A stretch of DNA of 63,049 nt. Origin: a virus (taxonomy: Duplodnaviria; Caudoviricetes). Positions 45,955 to 55,537 of this stretch are shown here, in pieces (the stretch's first letter is position 1; each line of letters opens with the position of its first letter). The stretch is from the IMG/VR virus record IMGVR_UViG_3300027782_000082, positions 1 through 63,049 of that record; one strand, 5' to 3'. Below the pieces are notes generated by a model. That model was given only the letters and a program-made list of their open reading frames with translations. It did not search any database and had not been told where the DNA came from. The translations under genes were made by a program, and so were the position numbers.

Positions 45955-47262
45955 ATGCCTTGCTACAAAATCATTGATGAGCTGTCGCTTACCAGCTCAA
46001 AGCTGGCCAAAGAAGCCATTGTGCTACGCGAAGCTGAAGCAGGTAACGCTGAACTGTTTGATGGGTTCCGTATGGCATATGACCCAATGATCACATTTGG
46101 CGTCAAGCAGATCCCTGAAAAACTCACACCCAACCAGACTGGCACTTTTACGTTTGCAGATTTTTGTGAGCTTGCACGTAAGTTGAGCCAGCGCGAACTC
46201 ACTGGCAATGCCGCAAAAGAAGCCTTGGATGCGGCTGTGGTGCGTTCTACTGTGGCTGACTGGAATGGCTGGTATCGACGCATCTTGCTCAAGGACATGC
46301 GCTGTGGTGCTACTGAAGGTACTATCAATCGTGTCACTGCCAAGAAGTTTTCCAAGTTTTCCATTCCGTTGTTTGAGTGCCAGCTGGCACATGACGGTGC
46401 CAATCATGAGAGCAAGGTAAGCGGCAACAAGCTGATTGAAGTCAAGCTAGACGGGGTGCGTGTGCTCACTGTGGTTTACCCAGATGGGCGTGTGGATCAG
46501 TTCAGTCGCAATGGCAAGGAGCTTGTGAACTTTCCGCACATCAAAGAACAGTTTGCTAGCATTGCTGGCGCATTAAGTGAGCCCACTGTGTTTGATGGCG
46601 AGGTGATGAGCTCCAGCTTCCAGGACCTTATGCGCCAGGTACATCGTAAGAGTGATGTCAATGCACAGGATGCTATCTTGTACTTGTTTGACTGGTTACC
46701 GCTGGCTGATTTCCATCAGGGCAAGAGCGAGGTTGCGCAGTTGAATCGTAGCAACATGCTCAAAGAGTTTGTTGACAAGTTTGATCTGCCCAATGTACGC
46801 ACCCTGGGATATGAGCATGTGAATCTTGCCAGCCCTGGAGGTATTGCACGTTTCCGCGAGATCAATGCCAAAGCCATTGCTGATGGTTATGAAGGCATCA
46901 TGATCAAAGATCCTGCGGCACCATATGAGTGCAAACGCTCTGTGGCCTGGCTCAAGCAAAAACCCTTTATTGAGGTCAGCCTCAAAGTGATAGATATAGA
47001 AGAAGGTACCGGCAAGAACGTAGGACGTCTTGGAGCCCTGGTGCTTGAAGGAGTTGATGATGGCAAGACTATCAAGACGAATTGTGGTAGTGGATTTAGT
47101 GATGACCTACGTGATGCTGTCTGGGCCGATCGTGTTAAAGTTCTTGGCCACTTGGTAGAAGTACGTGCCGACGCTGTGACACAGAACCAAGACGGCTCTT
47201 ACAGCCTGCGCTTTCCGCGGTTCAAAGGCTTCCGCGGTTTTGAAGCAGGAGAAAAGATCTAA
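45955..47262 (+). CDS. lig: ATP-dependent DNA ligase
   Basis: EVKLDG (KxDG), FDGE, EGIMIK, WLKQK and SLRFPRF. Start moved to ATG 45955 (GAGG RBS). Confidence 0.95.
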   Translation: MPCYKIIDELSLTSSKLAKEAIVLREAEAGNAELFDGFRMAYDPMITFGVKQIPEKLTPNQTGTFTFADFCELARKLSQRELTGNAAKEALDAAVVRSTVADWNGWYRRILLKDMRCGATEGTINRVTAKKFSKFSIPLFECQLAHDGANHESKVSGNKLIEVKLDGVRVLTVVYPDGRVDQFSRNGKELVNFPHIKEQFASIAGALSEPTVFDGEVMSSSFQDLMRQVHRKSDVNAQDAILYLFDWLPLADFHQGKSEVAQLNRSNMLKEFVDKFDLPNVRTLGYEHVNLASPGGIARFREINAKAIADGYEGIMIKDPAAPYECKRSVAWLKQKPFIEVSLKVIDIEEGTGKNVGRLGALVLEGVDDGKTIKTNCGSGFSDDLRDAVWADRVKVLGHLVEVRADAVTQNQDGSYSLRFPRFKGFRGFEAGEKI

Positions 47263-47614
47263 TTTGGCATACAACAATACCAGCAAGTGGTGGGAATTCG
47301 AAAGAGACCTGCCACTGAGGATAAAGATCCGCGAGCACTCAATTCCTCCCTTCAAGGGGAGGTTCGTGCATGTGCTGACTATTATAGCCATGGACGTGGA
47401 TGATCCACAGGATGTCATATCCAATGGCATCCACTCATCTTGGGTCGGAGAATTTATTAGAAGCGAGGATGTTGTAGAAGTCTGGATAGCCGCACATCGC
47501 GATCCTTTTACACTTGACCGTCGTGTGAAAATTGCGTTGTTTGTCACACGAGAGCAGGAGTTTGTGCTACGTTTGCAACATACACACGAACTACCTGACC
47601 CTCATACTATTTGA
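47240..47614 (+). CDS. Hypothetical protein
   Basis: Fills the gap after the ligase; start uncertain. Confidence 0.55.
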   Translation: MKQEKRSNLAYNNTSKWWEFERDLPLRIKIREHSIPPFKGRFVHVLTIIAMDVDDPQDVISNGIHSSWVGEFIRSEDVVEVWIAAHRDPFTLDRRVKIALFVTREQEFVLRLQHTHELPDPHTI

Positions 47615-50044
47615 TTATCCTGTACCGCCACCCATTGAACGCTTGGCGGCATCGGCTACAGCGGTTCTTGGATCACCGCTGTACTGGAACAACAATCTTC
47701 TAGCCTGGGCCGCAGTAACTTCGTTCATACCAGTGCTTGGACCCGAGCTTCCAACTCGACCTTGCCATCCTCGGTTTCCGTTGTATCCGCCTGGGTTTCT
47801 TAAGCCCTGAGCAAGTGACCTGATCCCTTCAATCACACGTTCTTCTCTTATCTTCGCTGATCCTTTGCTGACAATGTATTTTGGATAGCATCCATTGGCA
47901 ATCAACTGTGCTTCTAGATTACGCCGAGAAGCTTCGCCAGGGTGACTACGTACCAGCTGTGCAATTCCATTCCAATTTTTCTGGCTGACCAGCTGTCTTA
48001 AAGGACCCATGTCTCTGCCGCCTGCAACACCGGGTTGTCTACCTCCGCCATTTTGATACCAGAAGCTTGCTAATCCGTTGAACACATTCTGTGGTACGGG
48101 ACCACCTATGTTCCTTGCAAATTGGCCTTGGTTGGCTTGTATATATTCATTGATCAATGTCCAGGCTTCGTCTTCTGTCAATCCGCCATTCACATCAATG
48201 GCTTTCTTGTATGCCCAATGATTTTGATCGCGCATGCTGAAACCATAACCAATTGATGCCCATACAGTAGGATCAAGGTAGGCCACGCCCCTATATGCTT
48301 CAAATGTCATGATTAACAATGTTCCGTATATGTCAACGCTTGAAGCATCAGTAGTTGGTCCCTTTTCGCAACTTGTATCTGATGATGGACGAGGTGGTAC
48401 TTCACCGGCATTCCTGGAAGGATCATATCCTGGTTGTGTTGATGCGTTACCTGTGCCAGCTGGCGCCTTTCCTGGTGGGGTTGTTCTTGAAGTTGGTGTT
48501 CTTGGATATTCGCCATACCTATCTGGATCTGACTGCACACCTGCTTTTGGATTGCTTAACAATCCATCAGCTGGTACACCCAACACGTTAGCTGAAGCTC
48601 GTGCTAGTGTACCAAGAACACCCTGTGTACCAATACCTGTTACTTGCTGTATTGCTGAACCTAACACTCCGCCCAGGGTTCCTGCAACAGTTTGACCACC
48701 AATGGCTGACACACCTGTAGACCAGACATACTTTCCAGGTAATGTTGTTTGCTGTCCTGGTGGTAATGCTGAAGAGGTGTTATTACCAACTGCGGTGGCA
48801 GCAGATTCTGGAACTCCTTCAGCAGTCTCAGAATCTGAGTTTTGCGTTGAATTCTTACCAGTTGAGTCACCACATGAGCCGTGGCCTCCCCACGGCTCAG
48901 CTTCAGGAGCCGCAGTCACTACGCCTTGTCTGTATCCTTTGTTAACAGAAAGATCATTTAATGCAGGTAGTTTGGCTTCGTCAGCCTTAGGACCATTCAT
49001 GTCAATTTTCTGCGCGGTTTCTTTGTAGTTGCCTGTTACCAAAAGATTGGCATTTTTCTTAGCAGTGGTATTAACATTTTCTCCAGTGACCTGTATATCA
49101 GCTACCGATTGCATCCTGATATCACCTGTACGGCTGCGCATGTTAATATCATTTCCTTCTATATTAACTGCTCCTTGTGCGGCAAGGTTGAGGTCGCCCA
49201 TTGCATGTAGATTTATATGGCCAGCGCCAAACACACTGAAAGATCCGTCTGCTCCTAATTCTACCCAAGCTGTTCCGTCTTTATTTGCCATATATACAAA
49301 TCCACAACTGTCGTGTAAAACAATCTGGGCACCGTTGCGTGTTCTTAATCGAATAAGCCTATTATTGCCGTCTGTATCGCCGTCGTCCATGACAAACTGT
49401 TGCTGACCGCGAGTCAGCGTACCATGTACACGACTTGGACTTTCGCGTTGGCTGGTACTAGATGAAAATCCCCTGAACGGATCTTGATCAAGTCCTTGCT
49501 TCTTTAAGGAATCATCCAGCACACGATGACGTACCCTTTCCGTTGGCTGATCGGTTTCGTTGGTATGATTGTGCTCTGTTACAGGGCCTTCAACTACGTT
49601 GCCGTCTTTGTCCTTATACTTTCCTGTACCAATACCTGGTAATGAATGTGTAAGATTATCCTGGAACATTGTACCAATCACAACTGGTTGTCCTAGATCA
49701 CCGTTAAGGAATGCAACTGTTACCTGTGTTCCAATATCTGGAGCAGGCGTAAATGTACCATAGGCTTTTTGTACTTTTTCAAAGTCTGCTTGGTTGCTTC
49801 CTGGGTTTGGTGTTGCACCACCATGTGGTGTCAGAGACTTGGCTGTTATCCAGCTGTTTGGATCAGTTTCTGCTCCGCCAAATGCAGGAACATGTATTTG
49901 CATCCTATTTAATTTTAGCGCATCAATGTTGTTCATTACCTTGGCGGTATAAAAGCCAAATGCACTATTATTTTGTCCACTAGGTCCGTCGCGGTGTGCT
50001 GGCGCTACTGTGCCTCTGTCGGATGTGTTAATTGGTCTTGCCAT
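47615..50044 (-). CDS. Baseplate hub/spike (gp5/VgrG-like) with C-terminal GH24-like lysozyme
   Basis: OB-fold (DAL..NRMQI.VP; P.IGTQV.VAF..GD...P), beta-helix repeats, low-complexity linker, FEAYRGVAYLD.....SIGYG. Confidence 0.85.
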   Translation of the reverse strand: MARPINTSDRGTVAPAHRDGPSGQNNSAFGFYTAKVMNNIDALKLNRMQIHVPAFGGAETDPNSWITAKSLTPHGGATPNPGSNQADFEKVQKAYGTFTPAPDIGTQVTVAFLNGDLGQPVVIGTMFQDNLTHSLPGIGTGKYKDKDGNVVEGPVTEHNHTNETDQPTERVRHRVLDDSLKKQGLDQDPFRGFSSSTSQRESPSRVHGTLTRGQQQFVMDDGDTDGNNRLIRLRTRNGAQIVLHDSCGFVYMANKDGTAWVELGADGSFSVFGAGHINLHAMGDLNLAAQGAVNIEGNDINMRSRTGDIRMQSVADIQVTGENVNTTAKKNANLLVTGNYKETAQKIDMNGPKADEAKLPALNDLSVNKGYRQGVVTAAPEAEPWGGHGSCGDSTGKNSTQNSDSETAEGVPESAATAVGNNTSSALPPGQQTTLPGKYVWSTGVSAIGGQTVAGTLGGVLGSAIQQVTGIGTQGVLGTLARASANVLGVPADGLLSNPKAGVQSDPDRYGEYPRTPTSRTTPPGKAPAGTGNASTQPGYDPSRNAGEVPPRPSSDTSCEKGPTTDASSVDIYGTLLIMTFEAYRGVAYLDPTVWASIGYGFSMRDQNHWAYKKAIDVNGGLTEDEAWTLINEYIQANQGQFARNIGGPVPQNVFNGLASFWYQNGGGRQPGVAGGRDMGPLRQLVSQKNWNGIAQLVRSHPGEASRRNLEAQLIANGCYPKYIVSKGSAKIREERVIEGIRSLAQGLRNPGGYNGNRGWQGRVGSSGPSTGMNEVTAAQARRLLFQYSGDPRTAVADAAKRSMGGGTG

Positions 50045-50058
50045 CTCTGTACCTTAAG

Positions 50059-52047
50059 TTATGTTGGTGGTCTGACAGTGGCTTTTTCTAAAGCCGTGTA
50101 CATGGATTCACCGTGTATCATTAAATCTCGAACGCCTGTTAATTCTTGTTCAAATCTGCCGCCAACAAATCTATTCCTGCATTCAGTTACTGTATACACA
50201 CCTGATATCGTTCTATTGGTCGGTGCAAGACCAGATTCTGTTTGAGTTGCAAGATCAGCAGATCTGACTTCCATATAAAACTTTTGTTGTCCTACAAAGA
50301 AATCTGCACGAGCGGCTTTTGCTCGCGTGATATCAGCTGGTATGCGTCCTGAAAAAGGTCCTTGAGAAAATACTGGTTTGGCCGCACCAAACCAGTATGG
50401 ATCTCCTCGTATGGTCATTGTTATCTTTTGAAAGTCTGGTCCTGTATAGTTAAGTCCATCATACACATGTTGGAATTTCATTCGTCGACTTTCGGCCTGT
50501 GATGGGTTTGAATTTGCACCTGTGCCTTTATCTGTAGCATTATTATCATAGCTATACAGGTGCGGAAACACCGGAGCATCACCGGCACTTGCGCCACCTT
50601 GCCCTGACCCTGTGCCCGTTTGTATAGCTGGTATTTTTTCTTCGGCGTAACTTAGTTTTTGATTTACAGAATTAGTTGCACCCGACATCGGCTGTGCCGC
50701 GTTTACCAATCCTACCGCACTTAGTACGGTGTTTACTATACCTGGCCGTTGTGTTGCACCTGGGCCTGTGGTTGCGCCGGATCCTGGTGAATATTGTCTT
50801 AAAAGATGTTCGGCAATGAACAATCCATATTCTGCTTTGATTTCAAACTTCAAGATTTCACTATTGATACCTGTAAAATAGTAATCATATCGCTTGCGTA
50901 GATTATTGATGTAGGCAGCATTGCTCAATCGCGCGGCAACCTGTGTCTGGAATTCGCCTTTTTCAATCTGATTCACTGGACCGTAAAACCAGTCTGGACT
51001 GTCTTGCAAAAAGATATAATAGTAAAACTTTTTAACATAGTCATTGGTAATGGTATCCCATCTACTATCCGGGTCTACCATTACGTCTACGCGATAAATT
51101 TGTTTGATTTTTTTAGCATCTTCAAGTGCTTTGGCCTTGTCAGTAATTTTTAGAGGATCGCTAAGTGTGCCATCTTGATTGAGTCCGTACTGCATGGCTT
51201 TTGTATCTGCCATGGCATTGTCAATGCATTGTAGTATGGTTGAACCTTCTCTGTTGGTGTTCAGTAGGCCATTGCTGCCATCCATGGGTCTTGCTGTCTG
51301 GGATCGAAACTGTTGTTTCTCTGGATCGCTGGCTTCAAATTTGAAATGATCACTTGACGAAATAAATGGCTCTAGTATGAAATGCCATTCGTTTTCATAC
51401 TGTTGCTCTCCTTTGCCAACTCTGCGTGTTTCTTCTTGCTTGAGTGTGGTTTCTAATTCTTTGATATAGTCCTTGAAATGACCCGCATGCTTGATTGTTT
51501 TGGTTGACGATAATGTGACATTGACATGCCGAGATGCGTCATAATCAAGTCCGCCAAAATGTAACTTGAACTCGCCGCCTTTTTCTGTCAGTCGTGTTTC
51601 TACTTTGAAAACCTGTACTATATAGATGCCGCGTTCGGGATCAATCTGTACGTTACCATTTGGAAGATGTCCTGGAAATTCAACTTCGATAAGATATCTA
51701 CAATTGATAATGCCGTTGGCAACGCCAAGCGTGGCAGCAGATTCAACGATGGCATCCATGAACTTAAATCCGCTGGGATCTAGCACAGTCATGATTCCTT
51801 GTGCAAAGAAGGCAGAACGTGCATTTGGACTCAATGAATATGACTGCTTCAATTCTAAGTCTGTTAAAATGAACCTGCTGGTTGTTGCGCTTTCTGCTAG
51901 CGTGAATCCTTTACTGGGATCCATGAATAACGCATCTTGAGGACGCAGTAAACTAACACGTAGTCGATAATCCACACTATCATATTTGTTCAGTGTGTTT
52001 TGATCAAAGGTCAGTTTATCAAAAAGTGCTTTTGTTGTTACTGGCAT
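50059..52047 (-). CDS. Baseplate hub protein (gp27-like)
   Basis: Lies upstream of the spike gene; C-terminal MTIRGDPYW...SGVYTV....N.F.GG.FEQ.L. Confidence 0.7.
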   Translation of the reverse strand: MPVTTKALFDKLTFDQNTLNKYDSVDYRLRVSLLRPQDALFMDPSKGFTLAESATTSRFILTDLELKQSYSLSPNARSAFFAQGIMTVLDPSGFKFMDAIVESAATLGVANGIINCRYLIEVEFPGHLPNGNVQIDPERGIYIVQVFKVETRLTEKGGEFKLHFGGLDYDASRHVNVTLSSTKTIKHAGHFKDYIKELETTLKQEETRRVGKGEQQYENEWHFILEPFISSSDHFKFEASDPEKQQFRSQTARPMDGSNGLLNTNREGSTILQCIDNAMADTKAMQYGLNQDGTLSDPLKITDKAKALEDAKKIKQIYRVDVMVDPDSRWDTITNDYVKKFYYYIFLQDSPDWFYGPVNQIEKGEFQTQVAARLSNAAYINNLRKRYDYYFTGINSEILKFEIKAEYGLFIAEHLLRQYSPGSGATTGPGATQRPGIVNTVLSAVGLVNAAQPMSGATNSVNQKLSYAEEKIPAIQTGTGSGQGGASAGDAPVFPHLYSYDNNATDKGTGANSNPSQAESRRMKFQHVYDGLNYTGPDFQKITMTIRGDPYWFGAAKPVFSQGPFSGRIPADITRAKAARADFFVGQQKFYMEVRSADLATQTESGLAPTNRTISGVYTVTECRNRFVGGRFEQELTGVRDLMIHGESMYTALEKATVRPPT

Positions 52048-52343
52048 CAGGCAAACCTTTTAACTGAATTTGGACTAGGTATAGTTATTTGTAATCCCGA
52101 AATAAAATCCCATACAGGATCTTCAAGTTTGTCTCTATTGATTGCGGCAAATACCCACCAGAGTTTAGCGGTACCATAAAGATCATATGCTAGTTTATCA
52201 GGACGGTTAGCATATTTTGAATCTATCATGTATTGAGATTGATCGCTGTCTAATAAAATAGCCTGAGGGGTAAGATAATCTAAGTACGCTGACTTTAACT
52301 TTGTTACCGAATAAAAACTGCGAGGATCGTATGCAACTGCCAT
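52047..52343 (-). CDS. Baseplate wedge gp53-like / LysM-type protein
   Basis: RPDKLAYDLYG...LWWVFA..N. Confidence 0.85.
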   Translation of the reverse strand: MAVAYDPRSFYSVTKLKSAYLDYLTPQAILLDSDQSQYMIDSKYANRPDKLAYDLYGTAKLWWVFAAINRDKLEDPVWDFISGLQITIPSPNSVKRFA

Positions 52344-53059
52344 TAGATGTATCCTTTATCTGCTAGTTGTCCACCTGCAAATTTACCAAGAGTAAATTCA
52401 GTACGAATTGGGCCAGTAGCACGTTGCACCATGAGTTCAATGTCGATTGTAAACAGCGTAGGAACCGCATGGTATTGGCCATCTACATTTAACTCTGCGT
52501 AGTCCACATCATCTGGTAAAGTTATACTGAAGCTCTTGACAACAACCGGTACGTTTTCAAACATATATCTTCCGTATGCTGTAAAACTAAGCACAGGAGG
52601 TGGCGCACCTCTAAGAGGATCGCCTTCACCATAACGCATCTTTGTTATTGTGCGCAAGAAATGTATCACACCCAAGCTGTGCTTTGCCCAAAGATCAGTT
52701 TGTGACGTAAATTTAGCACTGATACCGATATTTTGGATCTGAGAACGATTGAATGCATGTGGCTGATAGTTAGTATGTGTCAGTTCCATTTCAGTGTACA
52801 TTGCTTCAATACCGGTGCGTATCGTCGGTGTATAAGGAAAATTCAATACAAGGGTGTTGCCGCCACCGACAGCATTGCCGCCGAGTTTGGCTCTAACCCA
52901 GTCAGTAACCCCTTCAATACCTTGGCTGATTATGTTTGTACCGTTCTCTCTCGGCCCAGCTGTCCGTAGGAAACCCAGCAAGGGGCTGTTGGCAGCTTCG
53001 GCACCAAGTACTGTATTTGGGTCTGCTCGCATTGCGAGTCGGGCTGTGGTAATAGGCAT
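52343..53059 (-). CDS. Tail-tube initiator / baseplate-tube junction-like protein
   Basis: FPYTPTI, G.PPPVL.F..YG..MF..VPVV..SF...LP.DVDY. Confidence 0.7.
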   Translation of the reverse strand: MPITTARLAMRADPNTVLGAEAANSPLLGFLRTAGPRENGTNIISQGIEGVTDWVRAKLGGNAVGGGNTLVLNFPYTPTIRTGIEAMYTEMELTHTNYQPHAFNRSQIQNIGISAKFTSQTDLWAKHSLGVIHFLRTITKMRYGEGDPLRGAPPPVLSFTAYGRYMFENVPVVVKSFSITLPDDVDYAELNVDGQYHAVPTLFTIDIELMVQRATGPIRTEFTLGKFAGGQLADKGYI

Positions 53060-53118
53060 GATAAACTATTTAGTGCTTTGAAAAACCCAGCTTTATTGCA
53101 TTTGGTATCTTAAAGAGG

Positions 53119-53147
53119 TTGACATCCACTGACTAAAACCGTATACT
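53119..53147 (+). promoter_or_regulatory. Sigma70-type promoter for the late sigma factor gene
   Basis: GAGG-TTGACA-N17-TATACT. Confidence 0.8.
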
Positions 53148-53154
53148 GTTATAC

Positions 53155-54066
53155 ATGACAACTTCACCCGCAAAAACAATATATCTATCAAACAAAGATC
53201 TTCTCAAAGAGATCCACCACAGCAAAATGACTTATTGCTGGGTCAAAAGTCCAGAATATTACTATTACGATTTGATCCTTGACGATCTTGCCAAGTTCCA
53301 TAATCGCAAAAATGTAGCCTTTCCTAAGGGAGCAATAACTACAGCGAGAGAGAATCGTGCCAGTAGGCAAGCGGCGCAAGCATTGGAAGTCGCAGACCGT
53401 GAATGGCGAGAAACAGGGCAAAAAGGATTGAAACCAAAGCTGGATCAGTTCTTGCCAGATCCCAAGAAAATACCAGTGGAAGAACTAGTGATACGCACAT
53501 CTTCTAGCTTTGACCATATTCCAGTTGAACCAGGGCGTAAAAACAAGCCCAAGATCACAGCAGACCTACACTCAAAAGTAAACTTTCCTCCATTCAAGCA
53601 TTGGGTCAAGATTGAAGATGAATGGGTCGAGGTAGCCCGTAGTCACTGGAAAGGCGATCTCAAGAAGGGACAATTTAGTGTCAGTCATGGCAAAGTAGTT
53701 GATAACCTTGCCAGAATGTACATTAAATTGTGTGAGCGTTACAGCATGCGATCAAATTGGCGAGGCTATACCTACGTTGAAGAAATGCGAGGGCAAGCAT
53801 TACTGCAACTCAGCCAGATTGGTTTGCAGTTTGACGAAAGCAAAAGCTCTAACCCATTCGCATACTATACCGCGGCCATAACCAACAGCTTCACCCGTGT
53901 GCTCAACATGGAAAAGAAGAATCAAAATATCCGAGACGATCTCTTGCAAGACGCAGGACAAATGCCCAGCTGGTCACGCCAGCTAGAATACCAAGCACAA
54001 CAAGTAGCCACAAGAGAGCGCAATGCTGCCTTGAGCGAAGGTGCCAAGGATGAGGAAGAAGTATAA
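53155..54066 (+). CDS. Late-transcription sigma factor, T4 gp55-like
   Basis: YLSNKDLL; NWRGYTY.EEM......FDESKSSNPFAYYT....NSF.R....EKK. Confidence 0.8.
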   Translation: MTTSPAKTIYLSNKDLLKEIHHSKMTYCWVKSPEYYYYDLILDDLAKFHNRKNVAFPKGAITTARENRASRQAAQALEVADREWRETGQKGLKPKLDQFLPDPKKIPVEELVIRTSSSFDHIPVEPGRKNKPKITADLHSKVNFPPFKHWVKIEDEWVEVARSHWKGDLKKGQFSVSHGKVVDNLARMYIKLCERYSMRSNWRGYTYVEEMRGQALLQLSQIGLQFDESKSSNPFAYYTAAITNSFTRVLNMEKKNQNIRDDLLQDAGQMPSWSRQLEYQAQQVATRERNAALSEGAKDEEEV

Positions 54067-54067
54067 T

Positions 54068-54484
54068 ATGGACATGCAACATTATAAAGACTTTGTTGAG
54101 CGTATCACTAGCCCGCAAAGCAATAACCTACATGATTTTATCAGCCGCTGTAGAGAACTTGAGGAACAGACCGCAGTTGAAGGCGCACCAGATCTCAATG
54201 TGCCGTTGTTTTTGACTGCGGCCATGGGCATTGGTAGCGAGGGCGGAGAGTTCCAGGAAATTGCCAAGAAGATCTTCTTCCAAGGCAAGCCTTTCACACA
54301 GGATGTTGTGTTCCATCTCAAACGTGAACTAGGTGATATCATGTGGTATTGGGTCAATGCGTGTCGCGCACTTGGTCTCAATCCTGACGAAGTCATCTAT
54401 GAAAACATCGCCAAGCTAGAATCACGATACGGCGATAGTTTTTCAGTTAACCGTAGCGAGATCCGAAAAGACGGCGATCTCTAA
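54068..54484 (+). CDS. MazG-like nucleotide pyrophosphohydrolase
   Basis: EGGEFQEI.KK, RELGDIMWY and N..KL..RY. Start moved to ATG 54068. Confidence 0.88.
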   Translation: MDMQHYKDFVERITSPQSNNLHDFISRCRELEEQTAVEGAPDLNVPLFLTAAMGIGSEGGEFQEIAKKIFFQGKPFTQDVVFHLKRELGDIMWYWVNACRALGLNPDEVIYENIAKLESRYGDSFSVNRSEIRKDGDL

Positions 54485-54501
54485 TCACTAGAAGGAACAC
54501 A

Positions 54502-55524
54502 ATGGGTCAACTATTCAAGAAGGCAGCTTGCTTTACGGACATTCATTTTGGTATGCGTAGTAACAGTCGTACACACAACGACGATTGTGAATCGTTCATC
54601 AAGTGGTTTGTAAAGGAAGCACAAGCGGCTGGCGCTGAGACTTGTATTTTTCTTGGTGACTGGCATAACAATCGTTCAACAGTCAATGTGAGTACGCTGA
54701 ACTATACAGTGAGCAATCTAGAGTATCTCAGCAAGAGTTTTGACCGTGTGTTCTTTATCACTGGCAATCACGACTTGTTCTATAGAGAAAAGCGTGAGAT
54801 CCATAGCTTGCCATTTGGCAAGTACCTTACCAACATCACCATGGTCAATGAAGCCATAGTCGAAGGCGACGTTGCTATCGTTCCATGGCTTGTGGGTGAA
54901 GAATGGACCAACATGAAGAAGCTAGACAGCAGATATGTGTTTGGACATTTTGAGTTGCCCAGCTTCAAGATGAATGCCATGGTTGAAATGCCTGATCATG
55001 GCGGACTCAATGCAGGTCACTTTCCAAACCAAGAACTTGTGTTCTCAGGACATTTCCACAAGCGCCAACAGAAAGGCAATGTTGTGTACATGGGCAATCC
55101 ATTTCCGCATAACTTTGCTGATGCATGGGATGACGAACGTGGCATGATGCTGTTGGACTGGGGTGGCAAGCCAGAGTACAAGAGCTGGCCAGATGCACCC
55201 AAGTTCCGTGTGCTTACACTGGGTGGTGTGATTGAAGATCCAGGTCGGGTACTTGATAAAAACACATTTGCTCGTATCAGCATTGACATTGATATCAGCT
55301 ATGAAGAAGCACAGTTCCTTAAGAAAACATTCATGGAAGAATACGGTTGTAGGGATCTCACACTGATTCCTGCAAAGAAAGAAGAGCATGCCAAAGAATG
55401 GACTGCTGAGGATGTGAAATTTGAAAGCGTTGACCAAATCGTCATGACGCAATTGAATGCGATCGACTCAGATGTGATCGACAAGAAGATGTTGGTTGAC
55501 ATCTACAACGGTCTTACAGTATAA
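54502..55524 (+). CDS. Mre11/SbcD-like nuclease (T4 gp47-like)
   Basis: DIHFG, GDWH, GNHD, GHFE and SGHFH phosphoesterase motifs. Confidence 0.92.
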   Translation: MGQLFKKAACFTDIHFGMRSNSRTHNDDCESFIKWFVKEAQAAGAETCIFLGDWHNNRSTVNVSTLNYTVSNLEYLSKSFDRVFFITGNHDLFYREKREIHSLPFGKYLTNITMVNEAIVEGDVAIVPWLVGEEWTNMKKLDSRYVFGHFELPSFKMNAMVEMPDHGGLNAGHFPNQELVFSGHFHKRQQKGNVVYMGNPFPHNFADAWDDERGMMLLDWGGKPEYKSWPDAPKFRVLTLGGVIEDPGRVLDKNTFARISIDIDISYEEAQFLKKTFMEEYGCRDLTLIPAKKEEHAKEWTAEDVKFESVDQIVMTQLNAIDSDVIDKKMLVDIYNGLTV

Positions 55525-55537
55525 TGCAGGACAATCA

